Shown: positions 36,149 through 44,669 of the stretch, piece after piece
How the letters are laid out: each line of letters opens with the position of its first letter
How positions within the stretch are numbered: position 1 is the stretch's first letter
Source of the DNA: Bifidobacteriaceae bacterium
GTDB lineage: Bacteria; Actinomycetota; Actinomycetes; Actinomycetales; WQXJ01
Assembly (NCBI GenBank): GCA_031267825.1
Contig: JAIRYJ010000033.1
Coordinates: forward strand, 32,519 to 96,518
Direction of reading: 5' to 3'
DNA: 64,000 bases
The notes under the pieces: model-generated
What the model was told of the DNA's origin: nothing
Database searches by the model: none
Seen by the model: the letters and a program-made list of their open reading frames with translations, nothing else
Position numbers and translations under genes: made by a program

Positions 36149-38040
36149 ACCGGCCGTCAGCTAAGCCAGTCAAGACCAGTCAGGCCCAAGGATCCAGTGC
36201 GGTGCCTTCCGGCCGATCAGGTCCGGACGGATCAGCACCCAATCGACGGGCTTCAGGCGGGCCAGCCCGCGGCGGATCAGGTCCGGGCGGATCGGCACCC
36301 GGCGCCCTAGCGCCGGTCAAACGTCCACTGCGGCGGGCAGTCGGACTGACCGGCCTGAAAACTAGCCAACTGATCGCCGCGGTGTTCTTTGGTGCCCTCA
36401 CCCAAGCCGCTTCAGTCGCCTTGGCTGGAGCCTCAGCCTGGCTGATCGTACGGGCCTCGCAGATGCCACCAGTGCTCTCACTCCAGGTCGCGGTGGTTGG
36501 AGTACGGGCCTTCGGCATCACACGCGGCGTGTCACGCTATATCGAACGCCTCACAGCGCACCGGGTCGCCCTGAACGGCATGACCGAATTACGTGTCCGG
36601 CTCTACCAACGAATGGCCTCCGGCACTGGGGCTGGAGCCGTCGCCCTGAAACGCGGTGACCTGCTGGCGCGGGTCGGCGCTGACATTGACGATGTCGGCG
36701 ATCTAGTAGTTCGGGGCATCATCCCCGCCCTGGTAGCCGGGGTTGTGGTACTCGGTTCAGCCGGAGCCGTCGCGGCCTTCCTACCAGCCGCTGGACTGGC
36801 CGTCTTGATATGTCTGACAGCTGTCGGCATAGGCGGTCCGGCCTTGACACTAAGGGCCGCCCGAATCTCAGAACTGATGGCCTCAGCCGCCCGGTCAAAT
36901 GTTTCAGCCAGCGCCATGAACATCATTGAAAATGCCTCTGAACTGCGCGTTTCTGGCCAAATGAACCCAGCCATGGCATCCCTCAAGACTCACGAAACAG
37001 CCTTAGCTAAAGCCAATGACGCCGCCGCCAGGCCATCCGCCCTGGCTAACGCCCTAACCGAAATCGGTTCCGGGGCGGCCCTCATCCTGACCCTGTTGCT
37101 ATCCGCCGCCGCCTACAAGGCCGGTACCATCAGCGCCACCGAGGTGGCTGTGATTGTGCTGATGCCATTGGCGGCCTTCGAAGCGGTCGCCGCCCTATCC
37201 CCGGCCGCCGCCCAAGTTTACAAGTCACGGGCGGCCGCCAGCCGAATAGTCGCCCTAGCCGATGCCGGTCACCCGGACAGCCAGCGGTCAAGCCGGCCGA
37301 CTGCCGGGCCGAACGCCGCTAAGGCCGAAAGCGAACCCGAACCGGCGGCATCGGGCAAGACAAATCCAGCGGCTCGCGGCGACCTGATAGCCCACGACCT
37401 GACGGCCGGCTGGGTGGCTGGGCACCCGGTATTGACGGGAGTCAACCTACGCCTAGCCCCAGGCAGCGTGATGGGCCTGGTCGGAGCGTCCGGCGCGGGC
37501 AAAACCACGCTGCTGGCCAGCCTCGCTGGGCTGCTTGAACCCCTGGCAGGGCAAGCCCTAATTGGCCGAACACCACTCGTCGCCCTGACCTCTGAAGAAC
37601 GAGGCCGCCTAGTGGCCTTCATCCCAGAAGACGCCCACATCTTCGCCACCACGGTGTTAGAAAACCTGCGCGTCGCTGAAGGTAGCCTCACCCCCGCCAA
37701 AGCCGCCGGCGTGCTGCACCGGGTTGGGCTGGGCCGCTGGATGGCGAGCCTGCCAGATGGGCTTGACACCATGCTCGGATCTGGCGGGAACACCATCTCA
37801 GGCGGCGAACGCCGCCGCCTGTTACTGGCCCGGGCCTTGGTCAGCCCGGCCCAGTTCATCTTGCTGGACGAGCCTGGCGAACACCTCGACGCGGCTGACG
37901 CGGTGCGCCTGACCGGCCAGCTAATGCGGGCCGCCCGTAGTTCTGGCCGGGGCTTGCTGATCGTGTCGCACCAGGAGGCCTCACTGGCCGGAGCTGACCA
38001 GATCTGGCGGGCGAAGGACGGCCAGATAGTAGCCGCCTGA
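36145..38040 (+). CDS. cydC: Thiol reductant ABC exporter subunit CydC with a ~60-aa Gly/Ser/Pro-rich N-terminal extension
   Basis: 631 aa. TM domain plus ABC ATPase (GASGAGKTT, ISGGERRRLLLARA, LLDEPGEHLD). Confidence 0.85.
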   Translation: MNRPSAKPVKTSQAQGSSAVPSGRSGPDGSAPNRRASGGPARGGSGPGGSAPGALAPVKRPLRRAVGLTGLKTSQLIAAVFFGALTQAASVALAGASAWLIVRASQMPPVLSLQVAVVGVRAFGITRGVSRYIERLTAHRVALNGMTELRVRLYQRMASGTGAGAVALKRGDLLARVGADIDDVGDLVVRGIIPALVAGVVVLGSAGAVAAFLPAAGLAVLICLTAVGIGGPALTLRAARISELMASAARSNVSASAMNIIENASELRVSGQMNPAMASLKTHETALAKANDAAARPSALANALTEIGSGAALILTLLLSAAAYKAGTISATEVAVIVLMPLAAFEAVAALSPAAAQVYKSRAAASRIVALADAGHPDSQRSSRPTAGPNAAKAESEPEPAASGKTNPAARGDLIAHDLTAGWVAGHPVLTGVNLRLAPGSVMGLVGASGAGKTTLLASLAGLLEPLAGQALIGRTPLVALTSEERGRLVAFIPEDAHIFATTVLENLRVAEGSLTPAKAAGVLHRVGLGRWMASLPDGLDTMLGSGGNTISGGERRRLLLARALVSPAQFILLDEPGEHLDAADAVRLTGQLMRAARSSGRGLLIVSHQEASLAGADQIWRAKDGQIVAA

Positions 38041-38064
38041 AGCTTGCTGGTGGGGCCTGGGTGG

Positions 38065-38084
38065 GGTCGGCTGGGAGGCCGACC
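38065..38084 (+). terminator. Weak hairpin after cydC
   Basis: GGTCGGC-tgggag-GCCGACC followed by GAGGTTTG. Confidence 0.3.
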
Positions 38085-38150
38085 GAGGTTTGCGGCTGGG
38101 AATGCGACTGGGGTTCGGCCACGACGGGCAGATAGGGCGATAATCGTTCT

Positions 38151-39833
38151 ATGACGCGCGGGCCAACCAAAACTGAGCCGGAACTGCTGGCGGCGGTGCT
38201 GGCGCTGTCGCGGCGCCTCGACCTGACACAAGCCCTGGCCCAACTAGTTCAGACCGCGCCAGAACTGACCGGCGCTGAAGCCGCCGCCGTTAACGTGCTT
38301 GACGGACGCGGCGTCAACGAACGGTTCTACGCCCACGGGGCATCACCCGAACTGCACCACCAACTCCATGAGTTCCGCCGCGCACTGGACCTGATGGCCC
38401 GCATCCCAGCACATGAACCACTCATCCTGGATGATGTCCCAGCCAACCTAGTTGGTTTACCAGCCGACGCCCCAGCCCTAGTGAACAACTTTCTAGCGGC
38501 CCCAATCCGGGTGCGAGACACCGTCTTCGCTCACGTTTACCTAGTCAACAAGCCTGGCGGTTTCACCGCCGAAGACGCCGAAACAATGTCAGTCCTGACC
38601 ACAGCGGTCGGTGTGGCGGTCGAAAACGCCCAGCTCTACCAGGCTTCACAGCGCCGCGAGAACTGGTTGACGGCCGGTCAAGTCATCGCCACCATGCTGC
38701 TGTCCGGCGCGGATGAAGACGAAGCCCTCAGTGTTATAGCGACACAAGCCCGCCAAGTGGCCGGTGCGACCACCGCGGCACTGATACTGCCATCAATTGG
38801 CGGCCAGCTAGTGGTTGAGATCGCCGAAGGGCGTTCGGCCGACAGCCTGATAGGCACCCGGATGCCGCCTGACGGGCGTTCCAACACGGTCCTGACCGAA
38901 GGCATCGGCATGATAGTTGACTCGATGGCGGACGCCTACACCTTGCGGGTCGCCAAGCTGCGTGATTTTGGACCGGCCCTCTACGCGCCAATGCGTACCT
39001 CCGGCCACGGTGTTGGCGTCATGCTGCTGTTACGTGACCGGGGTGCGGCATCATTCGATCAAGCTGATCTGACAACCGCTGAATCATTCGCCGCGCAAGC
39101 CGCTTTAGCCTTAGTGCTGGCTGAAGCGCGCCACACCAAAGACCTGGCAGCCATGGTTTCCGAGCGCAGCCGGATCGCCCGCGACCTGCATGACTTAGCG
39201 ATTCAACAGCTCTTCGCCACCGGCATGCGCCTCGAATCAGCCCGCCGTGACGCCACCGCCGGGGTAGAGCCGCAAGGCCTGGTCAAGACACTGACCGACG
39301 CTTTGGATTCGATCGATTCAACGGTCCGTGAAATCCGGTCAATCGTTTCCCATCTGCGTAACCCCGGCACCGACGAGCCAGTCACCGAACGTCTACGCCA
39401 TGAAGCCTCCACTGCCCGGGCTTTGCTCGGGTTCGCGCCGTCATTGGTCATGCTGTTAGACGGCCGGGCCCTGTCAGCTGGTCAAGCCGACCAAGACGCG
39501 GCCACCACCGAAGAATTGGTTCCAGCCTCCTTGGCGGATGATCTGGTCGCCGTGGTACGTGAAGGCCTGTCCAACGCTGGGCGTCACGCCGGAGCCTCAT
39601 CGGTCACAGTGACAGTCGGTTTGGATTCGCCTGGCGCCCTGACCGGGCGTCCCGGCCAGGTCACCGTCCGGGTTGAGGACGATGGCGTCGGTTTGCCCGC
39701 CGTACCGCAGCGGCAGTCCGGCCTAGCGAATCTCGCGGACAGGGCGGCCGCCCGTGGTGGCGTGTTCGAGTCCGGGCCCGGCCCGGCAGGCCGGGGCACC
39801 AGACTCGAATGGATCGTCCCATTAGGTCCGTGA
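38151..39833 (+). CDS. DevS/DosT-like sensor histidine kinase (GAF-GAF-HisKA_3-HATPase)
   Basis: 560 aa. FLAAPIRVRDTVFAHVYLVNK...AVGVAVENAQLYQ..RRENWL parallels mycobacterial DevS as I remember it. H-box is RIARDLHDLAIQQLFA, and the N-box region is REGLSNAGRHA. GATAAT ends 6 nt before the ATG, so the transcript may be leaderless. Confidence 0.8.
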   Translation: MTRGPTKTEPELLAAVLALSRRLDLTQALAQLVQTAPELTGAEAAAVNVLDGRGVNERFYAHGASPELHHQLHEFRRALDLMARIPAHEPLILDDVPANLVGLPADAPALVNNFLAAPIRVRDTVFAHVYLVNKPGGFTAEDAETMSVLTTAVGVAVENAQLYQASQRRENWLTAGQVIATMLLSGADEDEALSVIATQARQVAGATTAALILPSIGGQLVVEIAEGRSADSLIGTRMPPDGRSNTVLTEGIGMIVDSMADAYTLRVAKLRDFGPALYAPMRTSGHGVGVMLLLRDRGAASFDQADLTTAESFAAQAALALVLAEARHTKDLAAMVSERSRIARDLHDLAIQQLFATGMRLESARRDATAGVEPQGLVKTLTDALDSIDSTVREIRSIVSHLRNPGTDEPVTERLRHEASTARALLGFAPSLVMLLDGRALSAGQADQDAATTEELVPASLADDLVAVVREGLSNAGRHAGASSVTVTVGLDSPGALTGRPGQVTVRVEDDGVGLPAVPQRQSGLANLADRAAARGGVFESGPGPAGRGTRLEWIVPLGP

Positions 39834-40026
39834 CGGAACCACCGACCGAGGCACAGCTCCCGGCCTGTCTAACAAGCGCGCCAGGCCTGTCTGACTGACC
39901 TGCGGGCTTGTCTGGTCGCCATCCTGAGGCGCGGCCGCCCGTGGTGGCGTCAGCGGGCGGTCTAACCGCGTAGCCCAGCCACAGGGCGTATTGACACCCT
40001 CTCAGGCGCGGCCGCCCCCAGCGCCG

Positions 40027-40800
40027 TCAGCGGGCGGTGTAACCGCCGTCAACAACTAACTGGGTGCCGCTGGCGAAGGAGGCGTCGTCACTCAGAAGCC
40101 ACAGCACAGCCGCCGCGACTTCCTTGTCAGTGCCCAGACGGCCCTGAGGATGCAGTGAAATCAGTGCCGACCTGCGGGCATCACCCAGATTCTGCAGCAA
40201 AGGCGTGTCAATGTAGCCGGGGTGGACCGAGTTGATGCGGATACCTTGTTCGGCGTAGCCGACAGCGGCCGCCTTAGTCATGCCGGTGACACCATGTTTA
40301 GCGGTGACATACGGCACAGCCGTCGGCGTACCAACCAACCCAAGAATCGATGACGTGTTGACAATCGCGCCACCCCCAGCCCGCAGCATGGCAGGGATTT
40401 CGTAATACATGCCATAGAAGACAGCGTTCAGATTGACGTTTATAGTGCGTTGATAGCCCTCAATGTCAATATCCGCCAAGAGGCCTGTCGGGCCGGTAAT
40501 ACCGGCGTTGTTGAAAGCTAAATCAAGGCGGCCAAACTGGCTTTCGGTGTACTCAACGGCGGAACGAACCATCGCCGGGTCAGCCACATCAGCCACCACC
40601 GCCTTGGCCTCGCCACCAGCCGAGGTGATCAGCGCCACCGTTTCGTCAACAGCCTCACGGCTGAGATCAACCACCACCAGACGGGCACCTTGTTCGGCTA
40701 GTTCTCTTGAAACGGCCCGCCCAATGCCGCTGGCCGCGCCAGTCACCAACGCCACCTTGCCGTCAAATTTCTTTGTCATGCTGACTCCTTCGAGGATCAC
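40027..40800 (-). CDS. SDR-family oxidoreductase
   Basis: 257 aa. Contains TGAASGIGRA, NNAG and YVTAKHG motifs. Confidence 0.9.
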   Translation of the reverse strand: MILEGVSMTKKFDGKVALVTGAASGIGRAVSRELAEQGARLVVVDLSREAVDETVALITSAGGEAKAVVADVADPAMVRSAVEYTESQFGRLDLAFNNAGITGPTGLLADIDIEGYQRTINVNLNAVFYGMYYEIPAMLRAGGGAIVNTSSILGLVGTPTAVPYVTAKHGVTGMTKAAAVGYAEQGIRINSVHPGYIDTPLLQNLGDARRSALISLHPQGRLGTDKEVAAAVLWLLSDDASFASGTQLVVDGGYTAR

Positions 40801-40912
40801 TCAGGGATTTGTTCAGGGGTTGTGTCTCCAGGCTAATTGGCTGGCGGCAAAGCGCCGCCGCCTTGCCAAAGCGTCTCATTGGCGGACGGCCCAGTGTGGG
40901 CCACAGCGGCCG

Positions 40913-41013
40913 AGCGGGCGGCATCGGGCAACGAAAACCAACCCAAGCCCAGACGGGACAAACGTTAACAACGGCAGCCAAGCGGGCGGCATCGGGCAAC
41001 GAAAACCAACCCA
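40913..41013. repeat. 33-bp perfect direct repeat, two copies 68 bp apart
   Basis: agcgggcggcatcgggcaacgaaaaccaaccca at 40913-40945 and 40981-41013. Lies in the intergenic region between the response regulator stop and the SDR start. Confidence 0.85.
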
Positions 41014-41059
41014 GACGCCTCAAAACCCAAAGCGGCCGCGAAAACCGTTGCCTGAAAGG

Positions 41060-41722
41060 TCAGGCACGCCAGGAACTCGACTCTTTGGCCGCCACCCAAG
41101 CCGCCACCTGGGTGCGGCGCTGCAGGCCCATCTTGGCGAGCAGCGACGTGATGTGATTCTTGACCGTCTTTTCCGCCACACCCAGACGTTCCGCGATCTC
41201 GCGGTTCGACAAACCCTCACCGATCAACGCCAGCACCTTATGCTCTGACGGCGTCAAATCAGCCGTCGGATCCTCGTGATCCGCCCGCCGCCGAGTCAAC
41301 GTGCGCTCATCCAGCAAAGTCCGGCCCTGAGCGACCGCCCGAATAACATCAGCGATCTCCGCGCCACGGACCGACTTAAGCAAGAACGCCGCCGCCCCCA
41401 CCTCAAGCGCCGCCGCTAAAGCGTCGTCATCGTCGAAAGATGTCAACACCACCGGCCGCGCTTTAGGCGCCGCCGATTGGAGCTGCTTCATCAACTCAAT
41501 ACCGGTGCCATCCGGCAGACGCAAATCAACCAGGATGACATGAGGGTTAACCAGCACAGCCCGGCGCAAAGCCTCAGCCACTGAGCCGGCCTCCGCCACC
41601 ACCCTCATACCGTCAGATCTTTCAACTACTTCAGCGATTCCGCGGCGCACCACCTCGTGATCATCGACGATCATCACGTTAATGGAGTCCAACGGCAAAG
41701 GTTCAAGGTCACTCGATTGCAC
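41060..41722 (-). CDS. NarL/LuxR-family response regulator (DevR-like)
   Basis: 220 aa. Receiver domain (VMIVDDHEVVRRG, ILVDLRLPDG) plus a LuxR HTH (LTPSEHKVLALIGEGLSNREIAERLGVAEKTVKNH). Confidence 0.9.
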   Translation of the reverse strand: MQSSDLEPLPLDSINVMIVDDHEVVRRGIAEVVERSDGMRVVAEAGSVAEALRRAVLVNPHVILVDLRLPDGTGIELMKQLQSAAPKARPVVLTSFDDDDALAAALEVGAAAFLLKSVRGAEIADVIRAVAQGRTLLDERTLTRRRADHEDPTADLTPSEHKVLALIGEGLSNREIAERLGVAEKTVKNHITSLLAKMGLQRRTQVAAWVAAKESSSWRA

Positions 41723-41791
41723 GGCACAACCCTATAAGGTGAGCCAGAAACGGCACAAAGAACTGTCAGCGTTTATTACGCTGCCTGATCG

Positions 41792-42514
41792 TCAATCGGT
41801 CGCATTATCCGCAATCGCTGAAAGCTGGCGGTACGCCGCCTCAGCCGCGTTCGCCTCCGCCAACTTCTTCGACGAGCCACTACCGACACCAAAAACTTCA
41901 GATCCGACCAGCACTTCAGCTTCAAAGACGCGGGCGTGATCTGGGCCGTTAGTTTGTGAACGATATTCAATCGTTCCCATCCCGCGCGAAGCGACTAGCT
42001 CCTGCAATGACGTTTTCGGGTCAAGTGCGGCCCCCAAAACCGCTGCTGTAGCCAACGTTGGCCCCATCACTTTGAGCACCGCCCGGCGTGTCTCCTCAAG
42101 GCCATTACACAGGTAGGCCGCTCCCAGTAAAGCCTCCAACGTGTCAGACAGAATCGAGTCCTTATTAGCTCCACCGGTGGTTTTTTCACCCTTCCCAAGC
42201 AGCACAAAGGAACCAAGATCAATAGTCCGCGCCACCTTGGCCAGAGCCCGCTGCGACACTGAAGCGGCCCTCATTTTGGCCAACTCACCTTCAGGCAAGC
42301 TGGGATGAGTGCGGTAAAGGTACTCCGTGACGATCAAACCGACCACCGAATCGCCCAGGAACTCAAGCCGTTCGTTCTCTGGGATACCGCCCGCCTCATG
42401 AGCGTAGGAACGGTGAGTCAATGCCAGGACCAGCAGTTCTGGGTCAACACCGCAACCCAACCAGCTCAGCAGGCGGCTAGCCGCCGCCAGATCAAGCTGT
42501 TCTGGCTGCCGCAT
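41792..42514 (-). CDS. rnc: Ribonuclease III
   Basis: 240 aa. Contains the NERLEFLGDSV signature and a C-terminal dsRBD. Confidence 0.95.
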   Translation of the reverse strand: MRQPEQLDLAAASRLLSWLGCGVDPELLVLALTHRSYAHEAGGIPENERLEFLGDSVVGLIVTEYLYRTHPSLPEGELAKMRAASVSQRALAKVARTIDLGSFVLLGKGEKTTGGANKDSILSDTLEALLGAAYLCNGLEETRRAVLKVMGPTLATAAVLGAALDPKTSLQELVASRGMGTIEYRSQTNGPDHARVFEAEVLVGSEVFGVGSGSSKKLAEANAAEAAYRQLSAIADNATD

Positions 42515-42714
42515 CAGTCCTTGGCCTGGAACTCGCTACGTACAGCGGCGTTATAGAAACGGTCCTTATAGGTGCCGCAGCTAGGGCACGCGGTGTGCGG
42601 GCGGGTCGATTCACCGCATTTGGGGCAAGTCGTCAAGGCCGGAACACTGGCCTTCCACTGCGCCCGGCGCGACCGAGTGTTGGCGCGCGACATTCTTCTC
42701 TTGGGAACAGCCAC
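42514..42714 (-). CDS. rpmF: 50S ribosomal protein L32
   Basis: A GTG at 42714 gives [21 protein letters not shown], the canonical L32 N-terminus. CPKCGE...CPSCG zinc ribbon is present. The track's 83-aa version starts too far upstream. Confidence 0.9.
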   Translation of the reverse strand: MAVPKRRMSRANTRSRRAQWKASVPALTTCPKCGESTRPHTACPSCGTYKDRFYNAAVRSEFQAKD

Positions 42715-42716
42715 AG

Positions 42717-43313
42717 CTAGCCCTCTTCTTTCTTGTCTTCTAATATGTCTTCCAGTACCGCCCAACGCGGGTCCACCATCTGGTGGGCGTGGTCTGGCTG
42801 TTCAGCCAGAGGCACACCGCATTGGGGGCATAAGCCCGGGCAGTCATCGCGGCAGAGCGGCCCGAATGGCAGTGCCAACACCACCGCGTCGCGCACCGCC
42901 GGGTTCAGGTCCACCGTTTGGCCGACCACCGTGGGCTGTCCTTCATCGAAATCCTGCCCAGCCGACGCCGTCCCGTCTGCCCGTTCAGGATAGACGAACA
43001 GCTCTTGAAATGTGACCTCGACCGGCATTGTCACCTCGCCCAGGCAGCGGACGCATTGGCCGGCGGCTTGAGCGTTGACTTGCCCAGTTGCCAGCACGCC
43101 TTCAAGTAGCGCTTCGAGCAGCAATTTTAGGTGGACGATGCCGTCCGTCGGCACCCCGATCAGGCCGTTTCCCAGACCCTGGGCCGTCTTGAAACTGATC
43201 GCACGGTCAATTGATGTACCTGGCCGACCGCTTAGCGGTTTAACTGATACGACCAGTTCAGGCGTGTCAACGGCGGATGTGTCAGGCATTTTCTTCGGTG
43301 ATCGGTTCGGCAT
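42717..43313 (-). CDS. YceD/DUF177 family protein
   Basis: 198 aa, immediately upstream of rpmF. C-terminal [13 protein letters not shown] motif. Confidence 0.85.
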   Translation of the reverse strand: MPNRSPKKMPDTSAVDTPELVVSVKPLSGRPGTSIDRAISFKTAQGLGNGLIGVPTDGIVHLKLLLEALLEGVLATGQVNAQAAGQCVRCLGEVTMPVEVTFQELFVYPERADGTASAGQDFDEGQPTVVGQTVDLNPAVRDAVVLALPFGPLCRDDCPGLCPQCGVPLAEQPDHAHQMVDPRWAVLEDILEDKKEEG

Positions 43314-43372
43314 CGGGTACGGCTGTTGGCTGGCCAGCTAGGAGGTCTCTGAAGAGCAGCCTCCGTCCGTTC

Positions 43373-43407
43373 TTACGCTGGTGCGAGCGAAGCTCTCACC
43401 AGCGTAA
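43373..43407. other. Long hairpin upstream of yceD
   Basis: TTACGCTGGTG-c-GAGC-gaa-GCTC-t-CACCAGCGTAA, 15 paired positions with one mismatch. Confidence 0.6.
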
Positions 43408-43524
43408 ACGCGGTAGACAAGCGTGGTGCTGTGCCCAGGTCAGCGGATTTTCGCCGCGGACCTGGCCTGGCCAGGCCGAGGCGCAAGTCTAACGCACCCT
43501 CCCTTGGCCACCCAAACCCTTGGC

Positions 43525-43578
43525 CCCGGTCCTGGTCTCGAACCCGGCCCTGGTCTCGGCCCCGGCCCTGGTCTCGAC
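43525..43578. repeat. 18-bp tandem repeat x3 (cccggYcctggtctcgRM)
   Basis: Units at 43525, 43543 and 43561. Intergenic. Confidence 0.8.
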
Positions 43579-43588
43579 TCCGCCACCC

Positions 43589-43644
43589 GTCAACTAATTC
43601 CTCCGGGGAATTAGTTGACTAATTCCCCGGAGGAATTAGTTGAC
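43589..43644. repeat. Two overlapping inverted copies of a 31-bp palindromic element
   Basis: GTCAACTAATTCCTCCGGGGAATTAGTTGAC at 43589-43619 and GTTGACTAATTCCCCGGAGGAATTAGTTGAC at 43614-43644. Together they form a stem of about 26 bp. A third copy lies at 49510-49540. Confidence 0.85.
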
Positions 43645-43826
43645 GGCAAACCCGCAGGTCAGCGGGCCGCACCTGTTCCGCCGCTGACACACCATCCTGG
43701 TCTAAAGTCAGGAAGTGGTCACAGTCGCTGTCTTAACCCCACTGTGTCCACTTCCCGACCACGCAGCACCAACCTAGCTAGCCCACACCAACCAGTCCGG
43801 ACCTAAAGCCTGACGAAACCCACGAA

Positions 43827-44414
43827 TCAAGCCGGGTCGACAACCGGACGGCGAGCGCTCCGAGCGGCCCACATCGCCAAGCTGACGGCTAAGGCAATAC
43901 CGACCAGATCAGCCAGGCAGTCCGACGGGTCCGCTGACCGCGCCGGCAGCAACCTCCCCTGAATCATTTCGCTGACCAAGGCGTGAACCGCGAAGATCGC
44001 GGCCACTAGCCACAGCCGGGGGCCGCCTTTCGGCAGCCGCCCGATTCGGTGGATGATCCGATGAATGCCGCTGTGTTCGGCTGGTTTGAGCACAACACCC
44101 GGTGAATCCTCGGCCGGGGCAGGCAGCTCGGACGATGGCTGGGCGGCTTGCCGTCCAGCCAGGCCAAGCGCATTGTTCCAACACCAGACCGCCAAGGCAA
44201 AGACAAAACCGTGTACAAGTTTGTCACCCCAGACCGGCGCCAAACTGATCTGGTCCGGCAGGCGCGGGATGTACAACACCATCAGCTGGAGACACAACGA
44301 GAGCCAGGCCGCCAACCATATTCGGGCCGATCCGCCAGTCGGCTCCGGCGTTTTTTCTCCCGAACGGGCCGGTTCCCTGGCAGGCACGCCGCCAGACGCC
44401 CAAGGCGAACTCAT
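43827..44414 (-). CDS. VanZ-like family membrane protein
   Basis: DKLVHGFVFALAVW and SEMIQG...DPSDCLADLVG motifs plus TM segments. The ATG at 44414 is preferred over the track start at 44546. Confidence 0.55.
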   Translation of the reverse strand: MSSPWASGGVPAREPARSGEKTPEPTGGSARIWLAAWLSLCLQLMVLYIPRLPDQISLAPVWGDKLVHGFVFALAVWCWNNALGLAGRQAAQPSSELPAPAEDSPGVVLKPAEHSGIHRIIHRIGRLPKGGPRLWLVAAIFAVHALVSEMIQGRLLPARSADPSDCLADLVGIALAVSLAMWAARSARRPVVDPA

Positions 44415-44669
44415 CGATCTAGCTTCCTGTCCTCTAGCTGGCCGGTTGCCCAAGCAAGTCTTCATCGGCAGCGTAATACAGGCACAAAGGTACTTCGGTG
44501 CGGCTCGGCAACACGGAAACATCCTCAGTGACCTCAGGACGGCCACTGGGTCGACTTCCTGACCTCACACCCGGGATGGCGTGTCGCTGGTTTATTCGGC
44601 ACAAGTAACTGACCTGAGATTTTACTGTGGAGCGGAGTAGTGCGACCCGGGGGTTGTGGGACCAGTTAG

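Noticed and set aside
37269-38243. 324-aa minus-strand ORF
   Set aside because: It is antisense to the ABC ATPase domain of cydC, whose Walker A, signature and Walker B motifs are intact on the plus strand.
42514-42765. 83-aa version of L32 starting [18 protein letters not shown]
   Set aside because: The canonical L32 N-terminus MAVPKRR is obtained from the GTG at 42714. The longer form would overlap the yceD stop region and has no precedent.
43423-43622. 63-aa ORFs translating to GPGPGLEPGPGLGPGPGL
   Set aside because: They are produced by the 18-bp tandem repeat and the palindromic element, with no start context. I treat them as non-coding.
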